Assembly (NCBI GenBank): GCA_013239625.1
Contig: MU054400.1
Span: 541,146-605,145, forward strand
Source: Lama guanicoe
Lineage: Eukaryota
Length of the DNA: 64,000 nucleotides
Direction: 5' to 3'
Positions 24,829 through 36,215 of this stretch are shown piece by piece (position 1 is the first letter of the stretch; every line of letters begins with the position of its first letter). The position numbers were made by a program, and so were the translations under genes. The notes beneath the pieces are model-generated. The model was not told where the DNA came from, ran no database searches, and saw only the letters and a program-made list of their open reading frames with translations.

Positions 24829-27800
24829 GGTAAAAAGAAACATTACCCATGCCATTTCAAAGGTCATCCACCTACTAAAATCTTTATGCCTGCTTAGTCA
24901 GAGACGACAAAATCCTCAGCAGAGGCCTCACCACAAGAGTCCTGAAATGGGTAGTGGGTGATGAGCCTCACAGGAAATCTCAGAGGGCTTTCATGTTGCA
25001 GGCACAACCGGGATTTCCCCCAACACCAGACTCTGGGAGGAAGAGAAGGAGAGGCACTAAAGACCCACAGGTTTAGCACGACTCAATCTTCAGAGAGGGG
25101 AGCAGAGACCAAGGCAGTCGGGACTTGCCCAAAATGATATAATGAGCTAGAAGAACCAGAACTCAGAATCCTCGCTCCAGGGGCGCTCGACGCTTGTCCC
25201 TACGCTCTGCAGACCACAAGCACCTCTTTCTGTACCTCTCTCCCATTCACCTTCCTCCCTTTGGTCCCTCAGTCTAGCTATCCTCGGCCTTCCCTTGTCC
25301 AGCGCAGTCCCAGCTACACCAGCATCTCTTTTATCATCTTCCCTTCGCCCTGCCTCCACTTCCTGTCCTCTCCTGCCCTGCTGGTCACCACATGCAACAG
25401 CTGGGGCTTCAGCTGGGGCAGTCTCCTCATGTGACAGCAACAAGAGGAAGAAATTACAGTCAGGAGATCCCTGCCCTTTCCAACCAGGGAGACTGTTCAA
25501 ACATGCTGAGAGACAGGGGTGCTAAAATCAGTGTTTGGAAGAAAGGCCCTTCATTTTGGCTCTGGCCCTGGCCCAGACCACCCATCTGGCTCCCCGCACC
25601 TCCCCAGGGCCCTGGGAGCACCCATGCTTCCTCCTCTTTGCCAGGGTCCATCCACCGCTGAGGGGCTCCCCGAGGGTGGCAGCAAGCCCTTGCTCATGTG
25701 TATCTCCTGCACTTCATATAGCATAGTTACCAATAAATGTTTGCCGAATAAGCAAATGAGTCCCCATTTTTCCTCTTCCTCGGGGCTCCTCCTGACTTGG
25801 GGTGAAGACTCAAGTCTGCCTATTCTCAGCCAGACAAGGACCCTGCTCAGGCTGCCTGAATTGCTCATCTGAACGCCAGGAGCTACCTGACACCTCCCGT
25901 CAAGTGTCCGAGCTCCTATACTGCAAATGCCAGTTTCCCTAAGTCCACCCTAGCTGGGAGTCCTTTCCTGTTTTTTCAAGCTGTTGGTGTCCTGAAACAC
26001 AACGACAGCTCTGCAGTTTCAGGACGTCAAAGGCAAAAGGACATTATGCAAAACAGGAAGAAACTTTTAAAGAAATGTCTAAAGGCATTTTCAGAATGCA
26101 AACTGACACGAGGCCAGGCAATTACTGGATCCCTGCCAGGGCCCTCCCCATGACCTCCAGACCCAGGTGGTGGGGCAGGAAGGAGCCTGACCTCACACCC
26201 TACTGGTCACACTGGTCTGACACAACCCTGCCCCTTCCCTCGGTGCAGCCTCCCCCTCGGTCCCTGGGCTCTGTGCCAAATGACCCTTGGCAGAGTCCCA
26301 AATCCAAAGTGTCCCTCAGAAGAGGAGAATTTAGCTCCAGTGAGGACATTCAAAGTGGAATAACTTCAAAATAGACACCTTGTGGAGAGCCTAACGCACG
26401 AGCCCGACTGAGTGCCAAGTTCTGCTGGTCTCTGAGGCTTCCCCTGAAAGGACTTTCTAGACACCTACAGGTTCTCACTTTCCGGCTCCTCCCCAGATCT
26501 CAGGACCCTCTGGACGTGGGAGAGCTGTGCTGCATGTTTCAGAGCATGGTTTGCTAGCTTGTTCCCACACCTCCTGTGGAAACAGTCACAGCTCAGTGAT
26601 GTCAGCAGCACTGGGTTAGCTAACCGGTGCCCACCCAGCACCATGGCCCCATGCCACAGTCCAGTAAGCCCGGCCCAGGGACTTGGCTGCTACGAGACAA
26701 ATGGAGAAGTGACTGAGAAAGCTGATTCATGGGGCATCACTCCCACTGATTCTATCGCTCAGCCTGATCCCAAGAGCCTGTCCTGCAGCCTGGCCCCCTG
26801 CCCCCTGCCCCAGGGGCTTCCTGCACCTAGTTTTCAAATCAGAATCCTAGACACATCCTTCACTCAGCCATAAATGATATTCATCTGCCACCACTAAGCA
26901 AACTTGAAATTTCCAACAGGTCTATCCTTTAATAAGACTGGTTGAAAAATCGAGCCCTTCTCAAAAAAGCATTTGACCCTTTCTCTTCCTTTTCAAAAAA
27001 ACTCAACTGTAGAAACAATCCAAAAAAAGTGTGTAAAGCTTTATGCTTGAGCCTCAATGAATCACGAAGAAAAAACAAAAACTGTATGTCTGTGTGTTCA
27101 ACAGCAGTTGAATAATAAAAGAAAGTTATGATATATTCAGCTGACAGAATGTATAGCCTTTGCGGTTTTTAAAGGTGTAGGACCCAGCCTGTGACAGAAT
27201 CTTAAGTGAAAAATCTGGACACCAGGCTATCTCTATCTATCTGTACCAATCTATCTGTCCACCTATAAAGATAGCAGCTAAATTCTTAAACGTGTACAAG
27301 AAAAAAAACTAGCAGGAAATCTGTCAACGTTTCCTCTAGGTGATGGGAAGAGAGATGTGCTTTCCGACCTCTTCTAACGTCTCAAATTATTTTCAATGAG
27401 CCTGCATCACTTTTTAAAAAAAAAAAAAAAAAAAAGGAGGAAGAGATTACCCGTTCCTCAAAAAGAGGCAGGCGAAAGCAAAGCCCCACGGCCCTAGCCT
27501 CCGGTATCCCAGTAAGACAAATCCTTCTCCTCCTCTCTGGGCTTTGTGAGGGGCTTGGAGAGGAGGCAGGGGGGAAAAGAGGCAGCTACACTACACACCC
27601 AGACCAGACATTAAAATCACTGCCAAAGAATTCAGCAACAGCCAATTATATAGCCTCTGGCCTTCATTTGTGCAGGGAAGGGGCGGGCAGAGGCCAGGCT
27701 GAAAAGTGGAACCTGAAACACTGAGCGTGTGACTCAGCCCTTCTGCCTCCTAAGGACGAATCCCTTTAGGCCACGTTCACCCAGAACCGGCTCCCCGCCA

Positions 27801-30800
27801 GATCCTGGCCCCTACCCCCAAGCCACCACAGCCTTCCAACCTGGAGGTCTCTGACCTTTAGAACAGGATCCAAAATCTCATCCCCAAGCTGGTGGTGCGT
27901 GGGTCCAGGTAAACACAGAGGGCCCCACAACTGAGGCTTTTCAATCTCAGCTACAGTCTGGCGCCCAGGGTCCCTCGCCAAGTTTGGGGACAGGAGGGAC
28001 CCTGTGGAGGCCACCAAATCCAATCTCATGACTTGTTAACTCCCCTAGGAGTCAGAGTCTGGCGGGATGGCCTTTACAGTGACCTCATCGCCTAGACCCC
28101 ACTGACAGTGCCAGAAGCAAATGTAAAATGGCCACAGTGGAGGCCCTCATGGGAATTAGCCTCAAGGGTGGACCATCTGTCCTAAAACAACTGGACTGCT
28201 GCTTAACCAGGTAAGAATAACTGGAATTTCCAGGTGGACATGGATTCAAGCAGAATTTTAGTCTCTGCTTCTTGTCAGGAACAGGCAGGGAATATGACAC
28301 AGGAGGTATCAGGTAAACGGTCAGTGAAGAAATCACCAGGTTGCCTGGGCCCCTTTCTCACACACACAGAGCCCAGCTGAGCTCAAAGGGGATGAGCCTC
28401 CCAGCCCTGTCCCCAAAGTCTGGAAGGTCCTGAGAGTAGAATCCACGGAAGGACTGGGACAGCCTGGGTATTAACTGTCCCATCTTTCCCAAACCATAAA
28501 TTAGTCTAGTCCCAGCCTGGAAATCTCTACCCTGCTGCTACTCAAAGACCATAATACCCAACCATGTGGCTGCTGATGTCTCATTATAGTCATTATAAAG
28601 CAGCAAGTTAAAGATGGCCCCCGCAGAGCTAATGCAGAGCTTCAGAAATTAGAGAAACAATTCCACCCAATCAGATAAAACCAGGACTGGAGAACTTTGA
28701 TATGACTCTGGGTTTCCGAATAAGTGGAAGAAAGAAGGAAGAAAGGAAGGAAGGGAGCGATGGACAGGGAGAGGGAAAGACTAAATATACACGCACACAC
28801 TCTGGTTTCCCTAAATGACATCAGCACAGTTTAACTACATCTCCTCTGCCTAAATGGTCAGTCCCAAAAGAGGAGGAATTAGCATCCAGACTAGGACAAG
28901 GACATTGTCAGAGATGAATAATGAAGTTACCAGCTGCCTTAGCCATCGAGGACATCCAGACAAGCTGTCACCTTACCGGACCCACAGACACACCTAGCAG
29001 GAATCTTCCCAAACTCAAGGCCACATGTGGCCACCCTGAGCCTCTGCATTAAGTGTCCACCAGGCAGTAACTTCAAAGTGGGAAGCAGGATACGTGGCTC
29101 CAGCCCCATCTGGCCACTCCCTGGCTGTGTGGCTTGAGGTAAGACCCTTCCCCTTCAGCACAATGAGGGGTGGGGGCCAGGGACCTGGAGAGACCCAGCC
29201 TGGGATGCTATGGCTCCAAGATGCTGCCGTCCAATCCCAATCCCACACGCGGCTCTTGCTACCTGTGCCCCAAGGAGGCACCACCTGCTTTATCCGGTGA
29301 AGGCCCGGTGCTTGCTCAGAATCAGGACACATTACAACAGGCAGCAGACACTTCTGCCACCATCAGGCTGAGTGGCAGAAAGTGAGCCAGATAGTCCTGC
29401 AGGGTACTTCTCCATCTCAAACTGTTAGACAAGAAGGCATGTCTGTGTATATGTCAATAAATTCTCTTCCCCAAGAAAAGCAACAGGATAAAACTGGTCT
29501 GAAGGATTAGTTACCTAACCTCTCACAGCTTAAGATCTGGACACAGGGGAGACTCCTGGTGCCCCCCAACCCCCAGGATGAGGCTCCACCCCAAGTTGGA
29601 AGGTGATGAAGCCCCAAGACTCATCCCCAAAGGGGAGAGAGAGCCCTTTCCCAAGCTGAGGCCAGGACAGATGTCCTCAAAGCACACTCTGTCCCCGGCA
29701 GCCTGTTTGCATCTACATGTGTGCATAAGGGGGAAGGGGGGAGAGCGGAAACAGTGTGCTGGTGGACAAACACCTGAGAGCCCGGAGCTCAGGAGAAACC
29801 CAGCAAGCGCTTTGTCTTCCCAAGGGCACAAACCATGGGAGAGGCTGGGCTGACGGCCCCCACAAAATCCGGGGAAAATGGCTCATGGACAAGTGCTCTT
29901 CCAGGACCCTGGCTACCTGTGGCTGTTTGCTGGCCCAGGTGCCCATGACTCTCTGGTGCCCACCTCTAGATTAGAGTCCTCTTCTGAGCAAATGAAGACG
30001 ATCTCTTCAAAGCACAGCTGGGCAAGAGGGGCCTCGGGTTTAGGCAGTCCTATATTCACCACCACCACCCCAGTGCACCCTTGAGGGGACTGCACCAGCC
30101 GTACCAGGCCCCAGTCAAGACCCCAGGTCAGCCCTGCCTCCCCTAACCAGTCCTACCTGAGGCACTGCCCACCCTTACCCAGCCCCTATCTGGGCTGGCA
30201 GTGCCAGCACCAGTCAAGTTATGTTGAGCTGCCGCCAGATTTAAGCAGAGATAAACATTCCGGGAAAAGAAACTCCACACAAGGCAGCTGCTCCTCCCAA
30301 GCTGACTACATCTCAGGCAAACGCCCAAGCAGCCAAGAAAGGGAGCATCACTGCCATGGTCAGTGAGATGTTGCACAGCCCAAGGGCCAAGAAGACGGCG
30401 CCTACAGACAGGCCTGGACTCCCTGGGAGAACTCCCTGGGGAACTTGTGGGAATCCTCAGGAAAGGCCCGCCTTTCCGCTGCAGCCCTCGCTCCTGAAGA
30501 CCTTACATCGGCCCACGAGGGGGTGGCATGGGACGTGCCCCAGGGCAGAGCCTACTATGACTCCAAACACTACAACCTGCCCTAATGCACAGTGTAGACA
30601 GAGGCAGGATTCAAAAACCCAAGTCTATCTGAAGTCTGGCTCGAGGCTCTGACCACCCAGGACAGCTCAAAGGGTGACCCGTCAACAGCCCAGTCTGGTG
30701 CCCGGCTCCTGCAGGGAAGGGCAGGCCCATTACCCACCATCTACCAGTCAGAAGGGATCACAGCATCTGGCACAGACCCTTGGACACCAGAAAGTAAAGC

Positions 30801-32369
30801 CAAGTTGAGGAAAGGAACTGCAAGTAGTGAAAAGGCCACAGCTCTAACCCCCACGGATGCTTTCTCCCACCAACCTCAAAACCACCACGCCAGGGCCTTG
30901 GCTGACACCTGCCCAGCTGAACAGATGGGCTCAACTCCCCCAGCCCACATCCCCTCAGGGAGACTTTCAGCTTTCTCAAGACTCCTAAACAGGCGCCTGC
31001 ACTTCGGGAGCACCCAACCCTCAAACCTAAGGGCTCAAAGTGAAGAAAAACCCTCCGCCCCCGCTTTCTGGGGCTGCTTCAGCAGCAGCTGAAATGTCCC
31101 GGTCCCGTGCATGTCACACCAAGCTAGAGAAGGCCCAGGGCCTCTCTCCTCACCCTCAAAAACATTATCTCTCAAGAAGTCTGTTCGTGTCCCCAGTTCA
31201 GAGTCAACTCAGAAACACCGAGAACTGGTCACTCATCAGTAGCAATGCCATTAAAAAACAAAACAAAGCCGAGGTGGGCCACCACGGCCTCTCCTGCCTC
31301 ATCGAGAAGATCCTATATCTCAAACACCAACCTCATGAACTTTGGGGTACTTTAATTTGTTAATTAGTTTCTCTATCTTCCTGCATAATATCCAGGCAAC
31401 AACTAAAAACAAAAGTACAAAACCTGACCTCTCTGGGGTCTGGGGACTCACTCTCTTCCCCCTTCTCTGTTCAGAGCCATCTCTCCACGCGAGTCTGAGA
31501 AAATGGAACTTCAAGCCCCAGGTCCTCTTTGAGGTGTACTTAACATACACAACCTCATTTAGTGCTAAAAATAACCCTGTGAGTTAAGCATGGACAACCC
31601 CATGTTACACACGAGAAAGAGACTCGGAGGAACTCTGTAACATGTCTGAGGTCAGACACTTAGCAACGTGACAAAGATTCGACTTCATCTTACAGGACTA
31701 GTCTGCTTCCCAGCCTAACCATCAAGCCCAAAGGAATTCAAGTTTCTGCTTTAAAAAAATTCCCCTTTATTACCACAATTCATGCCTGACCGATTCCAAG
31801 AGTGTCCTCCCAAACTTGATATGAAAACATTGAAGTAATTATTGGAGAAATTGAGCAAGAGCATGTAGGCAGCCTGCCCTACCAGGGCTCTGAGAAAAAG
31901 TGACAGAGTTCCTACTGGCAGGACTCCAGCCTTCCTGTCAGAGCCCCTCACTCAGAACGACTTTCTCTACATCCTGGCATTAAAACTGAGCAGACCCCTC
32001 TGGTAACCTTGGGAGCAACCTGTGGCTGCCCTGGGCCTGACTGCCTGTGGATTGCAGGTCAAGGAGAGGTCCCAGTGGGCATGGGATCAGCCTCATCCAG
32101 ACTTAAGGAATGCAAACCCACTGACCCAAGTTCCCTGCCTGTGCGGAAACAGAGGCTGGAGGCCTCGGTTCAGATCATTTGAGCAAGATAACTGAAGACT
32201 CCAGGCTGCTCCCGGGAAGGGACAACGTGGTGCTATCTGGGTACACACATTATACTGGTACAAATCCTGTAAGGGGCCCTCCTCACTTAGATTTTGGGAA
32301 CCTACAAGGGCAGGAAGCAGGGTAGGAGGGCCCCAGGGCAGGGATCTACACAGAGGAGGAACTATACAC

Positions 32370-32530
32370 AATAGTGACAATTTACTGAGGGCTTACCCTC
32401 ATTAATGTAAACTTTCGTTTACACTGTTTCATCTGATCTTCCAAAACGCCCCTGAAATAAGTAGCACTTATTCCCATTTAACAGATGAGAAACCAGCGGT
32501 TTAGGGACATGTCACTTGCCCAAAAGCTCA
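32370..32530 (-). mobile_element. MIR SINE
   Basis: ttattcccatttaacagatgagaaacc...cacttgcccaa. Confidence 0.65.
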
Positions 32531-32999
32531 GGAGAAAAGTTAACTCACACTCTCATTCACTTCTATGGGAAGTCAGGAGATGTCAACTGGTAGGTCTGCT
32601 CACTTCCCAACTGGAGGCCTCACCATCAGTCTCCCAAACTCGAGCCGGTTACTCTGGGCTGCCTTACAGTTCCCGCCAGAGTTAGTAGGGCAACGTCCTA
32701 AGAAGACTCGAACTCCCAAAACTTCTTGAGGCTTGGGCCAGAGCAGGGAAGTCTCCGAGGCCTTCTCCGGTTCGGGGCGAGAGGGGCCTACGTCTTTCCT
32801 AAAGCGTCCCCGCCCCAGCCTCCAGCATGAATCTGAAGGAACTCACCTCCCAACCCCTCACTCCCATCCAGCCCGGAACCTCTGTTTGGGATTAGGAGCT
32901 CTGATCCGGAATGGGGAGACTGACTGTCGTAGGAGAAGGCTTGGGCGAACGTCCGGAGGACCCTGTTGGGGAAACTCAGGGAAGTCCCCAAGTCCTTAC

Positions 33000-33417
33000 C
33001 GAGCAACGGTGACTCCTCAGGGCAGGCAGACAGAGAGGGTGTTGTGGCGGGGGCCACTGGGGCCGAAGTCAGGTTGCCCGAGGGGCCGGGGCCGGGGCGA
33101 GAGTCCGCGTCTGGGCTGGAGTCGCCACCCGAGCGCGGCTTGGCTGAGGTGCGCAAAGGCGGCAGCAGTGCGGCCCCTCGGGACCGGAGCTCTCCGGAGG
33201 GCTGCCCGATGGCGGCGGCGCCGTTAGAGCTGCCCTGCAGCGGTGTGGGGACTCCGGCCAGCTGAGGCAGGCGGTTTAGATCGCGGCCGGCCAGGTAGTA
33301 GACGAGGGTGACGCCAAGATGCAGCGCGCAGACAGCCACGAGCAGGCGGCAGGCCCGCTGCAGGGACGCGCCCGGCATCGCGGCGCTGCCGCCCAGGAAC
33401 GGCTCCCGAAACCTCAT
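33000..33417 (-). CDS. B4GALT1: B4GALT1 coding exon 1 (cytoplasmic tail, type II transmembrane anchor, stem; 418 nt, ends in phase 1)
   Basis: Translation MRFREPFLGGSAAMPGASLQRACRLLVAVCALHLGVTLVYYLAGRDL...ACPEESPLL matches the known mammalian B4GALT1 N-terminus. ATG1 is at 33417-33415 and ATG2 at 33378-33376. The donor G|GTAAGG starts the intron at 32999. Confidence 0.98.
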
Positions 33418-33618
33418 CTTCCCGCCGCCGCTTTAAGAGGGGGGTGGGCTACAGCTGGGAGGGCGGCCCGCCCGCAGGCCGCCGGCCAGGCACTGCCCGA
33501 CCCCTGCAATTGGGGGAGGGACGGGGGGCGGGAGGAGAGGGAGCGGCGCCAGCGGGCTGGCGGCAGAACTCGGAGGCTCGGGCTGGTTAGGCAGCCGAGC
33601 GAGCCGAAGTGCGCCCCA

Positions 33619-33788
33619 GGCGCGGGCGCGGGCGCGGGCGGGGGCCGGACCGCGGCGGCCAGTGGGGCGGGGACAGGACCGCGGGTAGGAGCCGGGTTTT
33701 CCGGACGGGAGCTGGAGGGCGGGGCTGCCCGGGGCGGGGCCGAGCTGCGGGGCAGGGCCTCCGGAGGGTGGGCTGCCGGGGGCGGAGC
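33619..33788 (-). promoter_or_regulatory. GC-box (Sp/KLF) cluster of the housekeeping-type B4GALT1 promoter
   Basis: GGGGCGGGG 33664-33672, GAGGGCGGGG 33715-33724, GGGGCGGGGC 33731-33740, GGGGGCGGAGC 33778-33788, and (GGCGCG)3 at 33619-33636. These lie about 200-370 nt upstream of ATG1; no canonical TATAAA. Confidence 0.75.
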
Positions 33789-34628
33789 CGTTTCGGGTGG
33801 CTGTCCGCAGCCCGCAGGCGTGGCGCTGAGCTCTCGGGCTCCCACGCCGCCCTCCTCCCCAGTCTACACTGTGGGGCTTCGGTCCCCACCAAGCCGCGCT
33901 TCCTCCTCCTCCCCTTCCTCCGAGCTGCCCTGGAGAGGCGCCGCCACTTCCTGCGGTGCCGAGGGCTGGGGTATGCGCCTGGGCCTGCAGCGCGGCGGCA
34001 GAGGAGAGGGCGGAGGAGAGAGCAGGCTAGTCGTCGTCTTAGGGGGTTGGGGGCTTTCCAGACCGTGGCGCTCGGTAGGCTTGGGGGTGTCTGGAAGAGG
34101 GGCGGAGAAGGGTTGCCCAGGGAACGGCTTCGACGCCCGGCGGGAGTTGGGACGGCCGAAGAGGGATTCTCTGGGACGTTCGGAACCCCCTCCCTTGGCG
34201 GAGCGAGGCCCCTCTACCAATGGGGTTACCCAGCAAGGAGGCGCGACTCACCCCGCGCCCTGAGGAAGAGAGTGGACGAGTCTCCGCTTCTCTGGCTCAC
34301 TCTCCTACAGCCCAGGCTAGGGGATCTCAGAGACCCGCTCAGCTCGGTTTGGAGGTGCGTGTGGGTGCCTCTTCTAGTGCACCCCACACCGTGAGGACAC
34401 ATGCTTTGAGTGGGAGAGCGGCAGGGAGCCTCAGTAACGCCCACGCCGCCTTGCAGGAGGAGAGCAGCCGGCTTTACAGTCTACACGGGCCTGGACGCAA
34501 TCCCATGAAGAACGAACTGTCCCCATTTTACAGATAGAGTTCAAGGCTCGGGAAGGTTAGAAGCTTGAGTAAGAGCCTACAGCTGATCAGAGGCAGAGGC
34601 AGAATCCTGGCTCTAAAACCTTTATTTA

Positions 34629-34684
34629 ATACAACATTGTAAACCGACTATACTTCAATTTAAAAAGATTTTTTTAATAAAATG
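34629..34684 (+). mobile_element. Extremely 5'-truncated L1 3' end (56 bp)
   Basis: atacaacattgtaaaccgactatacttcaat plus an A/T tail, flanked by the perfect 13-bp TSD aaacctttattta (34616-34628, 34685-34697). Confidence 0.85.
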
Positions 34685-34919
34685 AAACCTTTATTTACCA
34701 CTTGTTGATTTGCAAGTAGGGGTTGGAGGCTGTGTGGGTGAGAGGTTCAGGCAATGAAGTCGCTTGGTTCAAATTTGACCCAGAGGCCACTTGTGGGGCC
34801 CACCTGGTTGCCTGAGTGACCAGGGACTCATTCCTCTTTCTCGGGAAGGACTCATGGAGGTGCTGTCCTTTATGTGGATGGGGAAGCCGAGGGCTCTGGC
34901 AGCCTACTCTGAACTGGAG

Positions 34920-35075
34920 GAAATAATAATAACGCTCCCATAGACTGAGAATTTCCTATATGCCTGTCAGACACAAGTCTAACTGCTTTATGTTTGTTGC
35001 CTCAATCCTAGCAACGCCATGAAGTAGACAGTTGTTACTGTTGCAGTTTCACAGATGAGAAAACTGAGGCTCCGG
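34920..35075 (-). mobile_element. MIR SINE
   Basis: cagtttcacagatgagaaaactgaggctc. Confidence 0.7.
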
Positions 35076-35079
35076 AGTT

Positions 35080-36215
35080 GACACCTGGTTGTGATCAAAC
35101 AAAATGTTTCTTCGTTTGGTTTCCTGGACACCAGGCTTCCCTGATCTTCCTCACTTCACTGGCCACTGCTCTGTCTCTTTTTCCGGCTTCTCTTCCCCAG
35201 TTGAAGACCCCAGGCTTTAGTCCATGCTCCTTTCTGTGTATGCACTCTGCAGGAGTGATTATAATATCTGTATGCGGATAACTGCAACATTTCTATCTCA
35301 GCCCCGACCAGCTGACTCATATTCAACTACCTCTCACTGGCATTTCCAACTCAACACATCTCACCCCCAAAAAACTACTTACTCCCTACACTCCACTCCC
35401 CTTCTTACCTACCTCAGAGAGTGGCACTGTTGTTCATCCATTTCCCCAAGCCCCAAACCTAAAAACTGCTCAGCGTGCTTCTCTGATTCTTAAATGCCAT
35501 TTCCAAACCCTCAGCAAGTCTTGTCAGGGTGCCCTTCAAATCGTCAGAATTAACCACTGGCTAACTTTGCTGTAATTACCCTGGACCAAGCCACCATCAT
35601 GTTGGCCTGGATTATATGGTAGCCTCCTAATTGGTCCCCCTGCTTCTACCTCCTCCATGCCCCTCCTCAGTCTGTTCTCCCAACAGCATCTAGGGAGATA
35701 TTTGTAAGCATTAATCAGTTCACGCCATTTTATTCAGAACAAATTCCAAACCTGTAGAAAGCCTGTTTAATCTGGTTTCCACCTCCCTTCTCCACCCTTT
35801 TCTCCTATCACCCTCTACCATACTCCATCTTCTTTAGCCACACTAACCTAATTGCTGCTATTCCTTCAACTTGTCCTGTTTCTTCTTGCCTTTGGACCTT
35901 TGTATTTGCTGTTCACTGAGCCTGAAATACTCAAGAAATACTTAGCCCCATATTTCATTCAGATCTCTCTAATGTTACCTTATGATAGAGGTCTTTTCTA
36001 TGTAGAATAGTCCCTCACCCAATTCTGCTTTTCCCACTTGATTTTTTTCAGAGAAGTTATCACTACCCAAAATTACACATTTTTTACTGTTGTCTTTCTC
36101 TCTCATTAGACAATCAGCTGCATGATTGCAGGAAGTTTCTCTCTTATTCACTATCCTCAGCTCCTAGAGCTGAACTGGATACATAGCTGATACTGGATGG
36201 ATATTTGTTAAAATA
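35080..36215 (+). mobile_element. L2 LINE 3' fragment
   Basis: ccaagccaccatc...cctggattatatggtagcctcctaattggtccccctgcttc (L2 'LDY.NSLL.GLPA' region); pyrimidine-rich; ends near gatatttgttaaa. Confidence 0.75.

Larger units (their letters stand above)
6325..32999 (-). other. B4GALT1: B4GALT1 intron 1 (GT-AG, 26,675 nt)
   Basis: Bounded by the exon 1 donor (GTAAGG) and the exon 2 acceptor (polypyrimidine tract + TAG); reading-frame phases are compatible. Confidence 0.95.
32750..34450. promoter_or_regulatory. CpG island covering the B4GALT1 promoter, 5' UTR and exon 1
   Basis: Very high GC and CpG density relative to the flanks; boundaries estimated by eye. Confidence 0.92.

Noticed and set aside
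33319..34394. Long + strand ORFs (314 aa and 261 aa) and overlapping - strand ORFs across the promoter
   Set aside because: Low-complexity G/A/R/P-rich translations expected from stop-codon scarcity in a CpG island; no recognisable domain.
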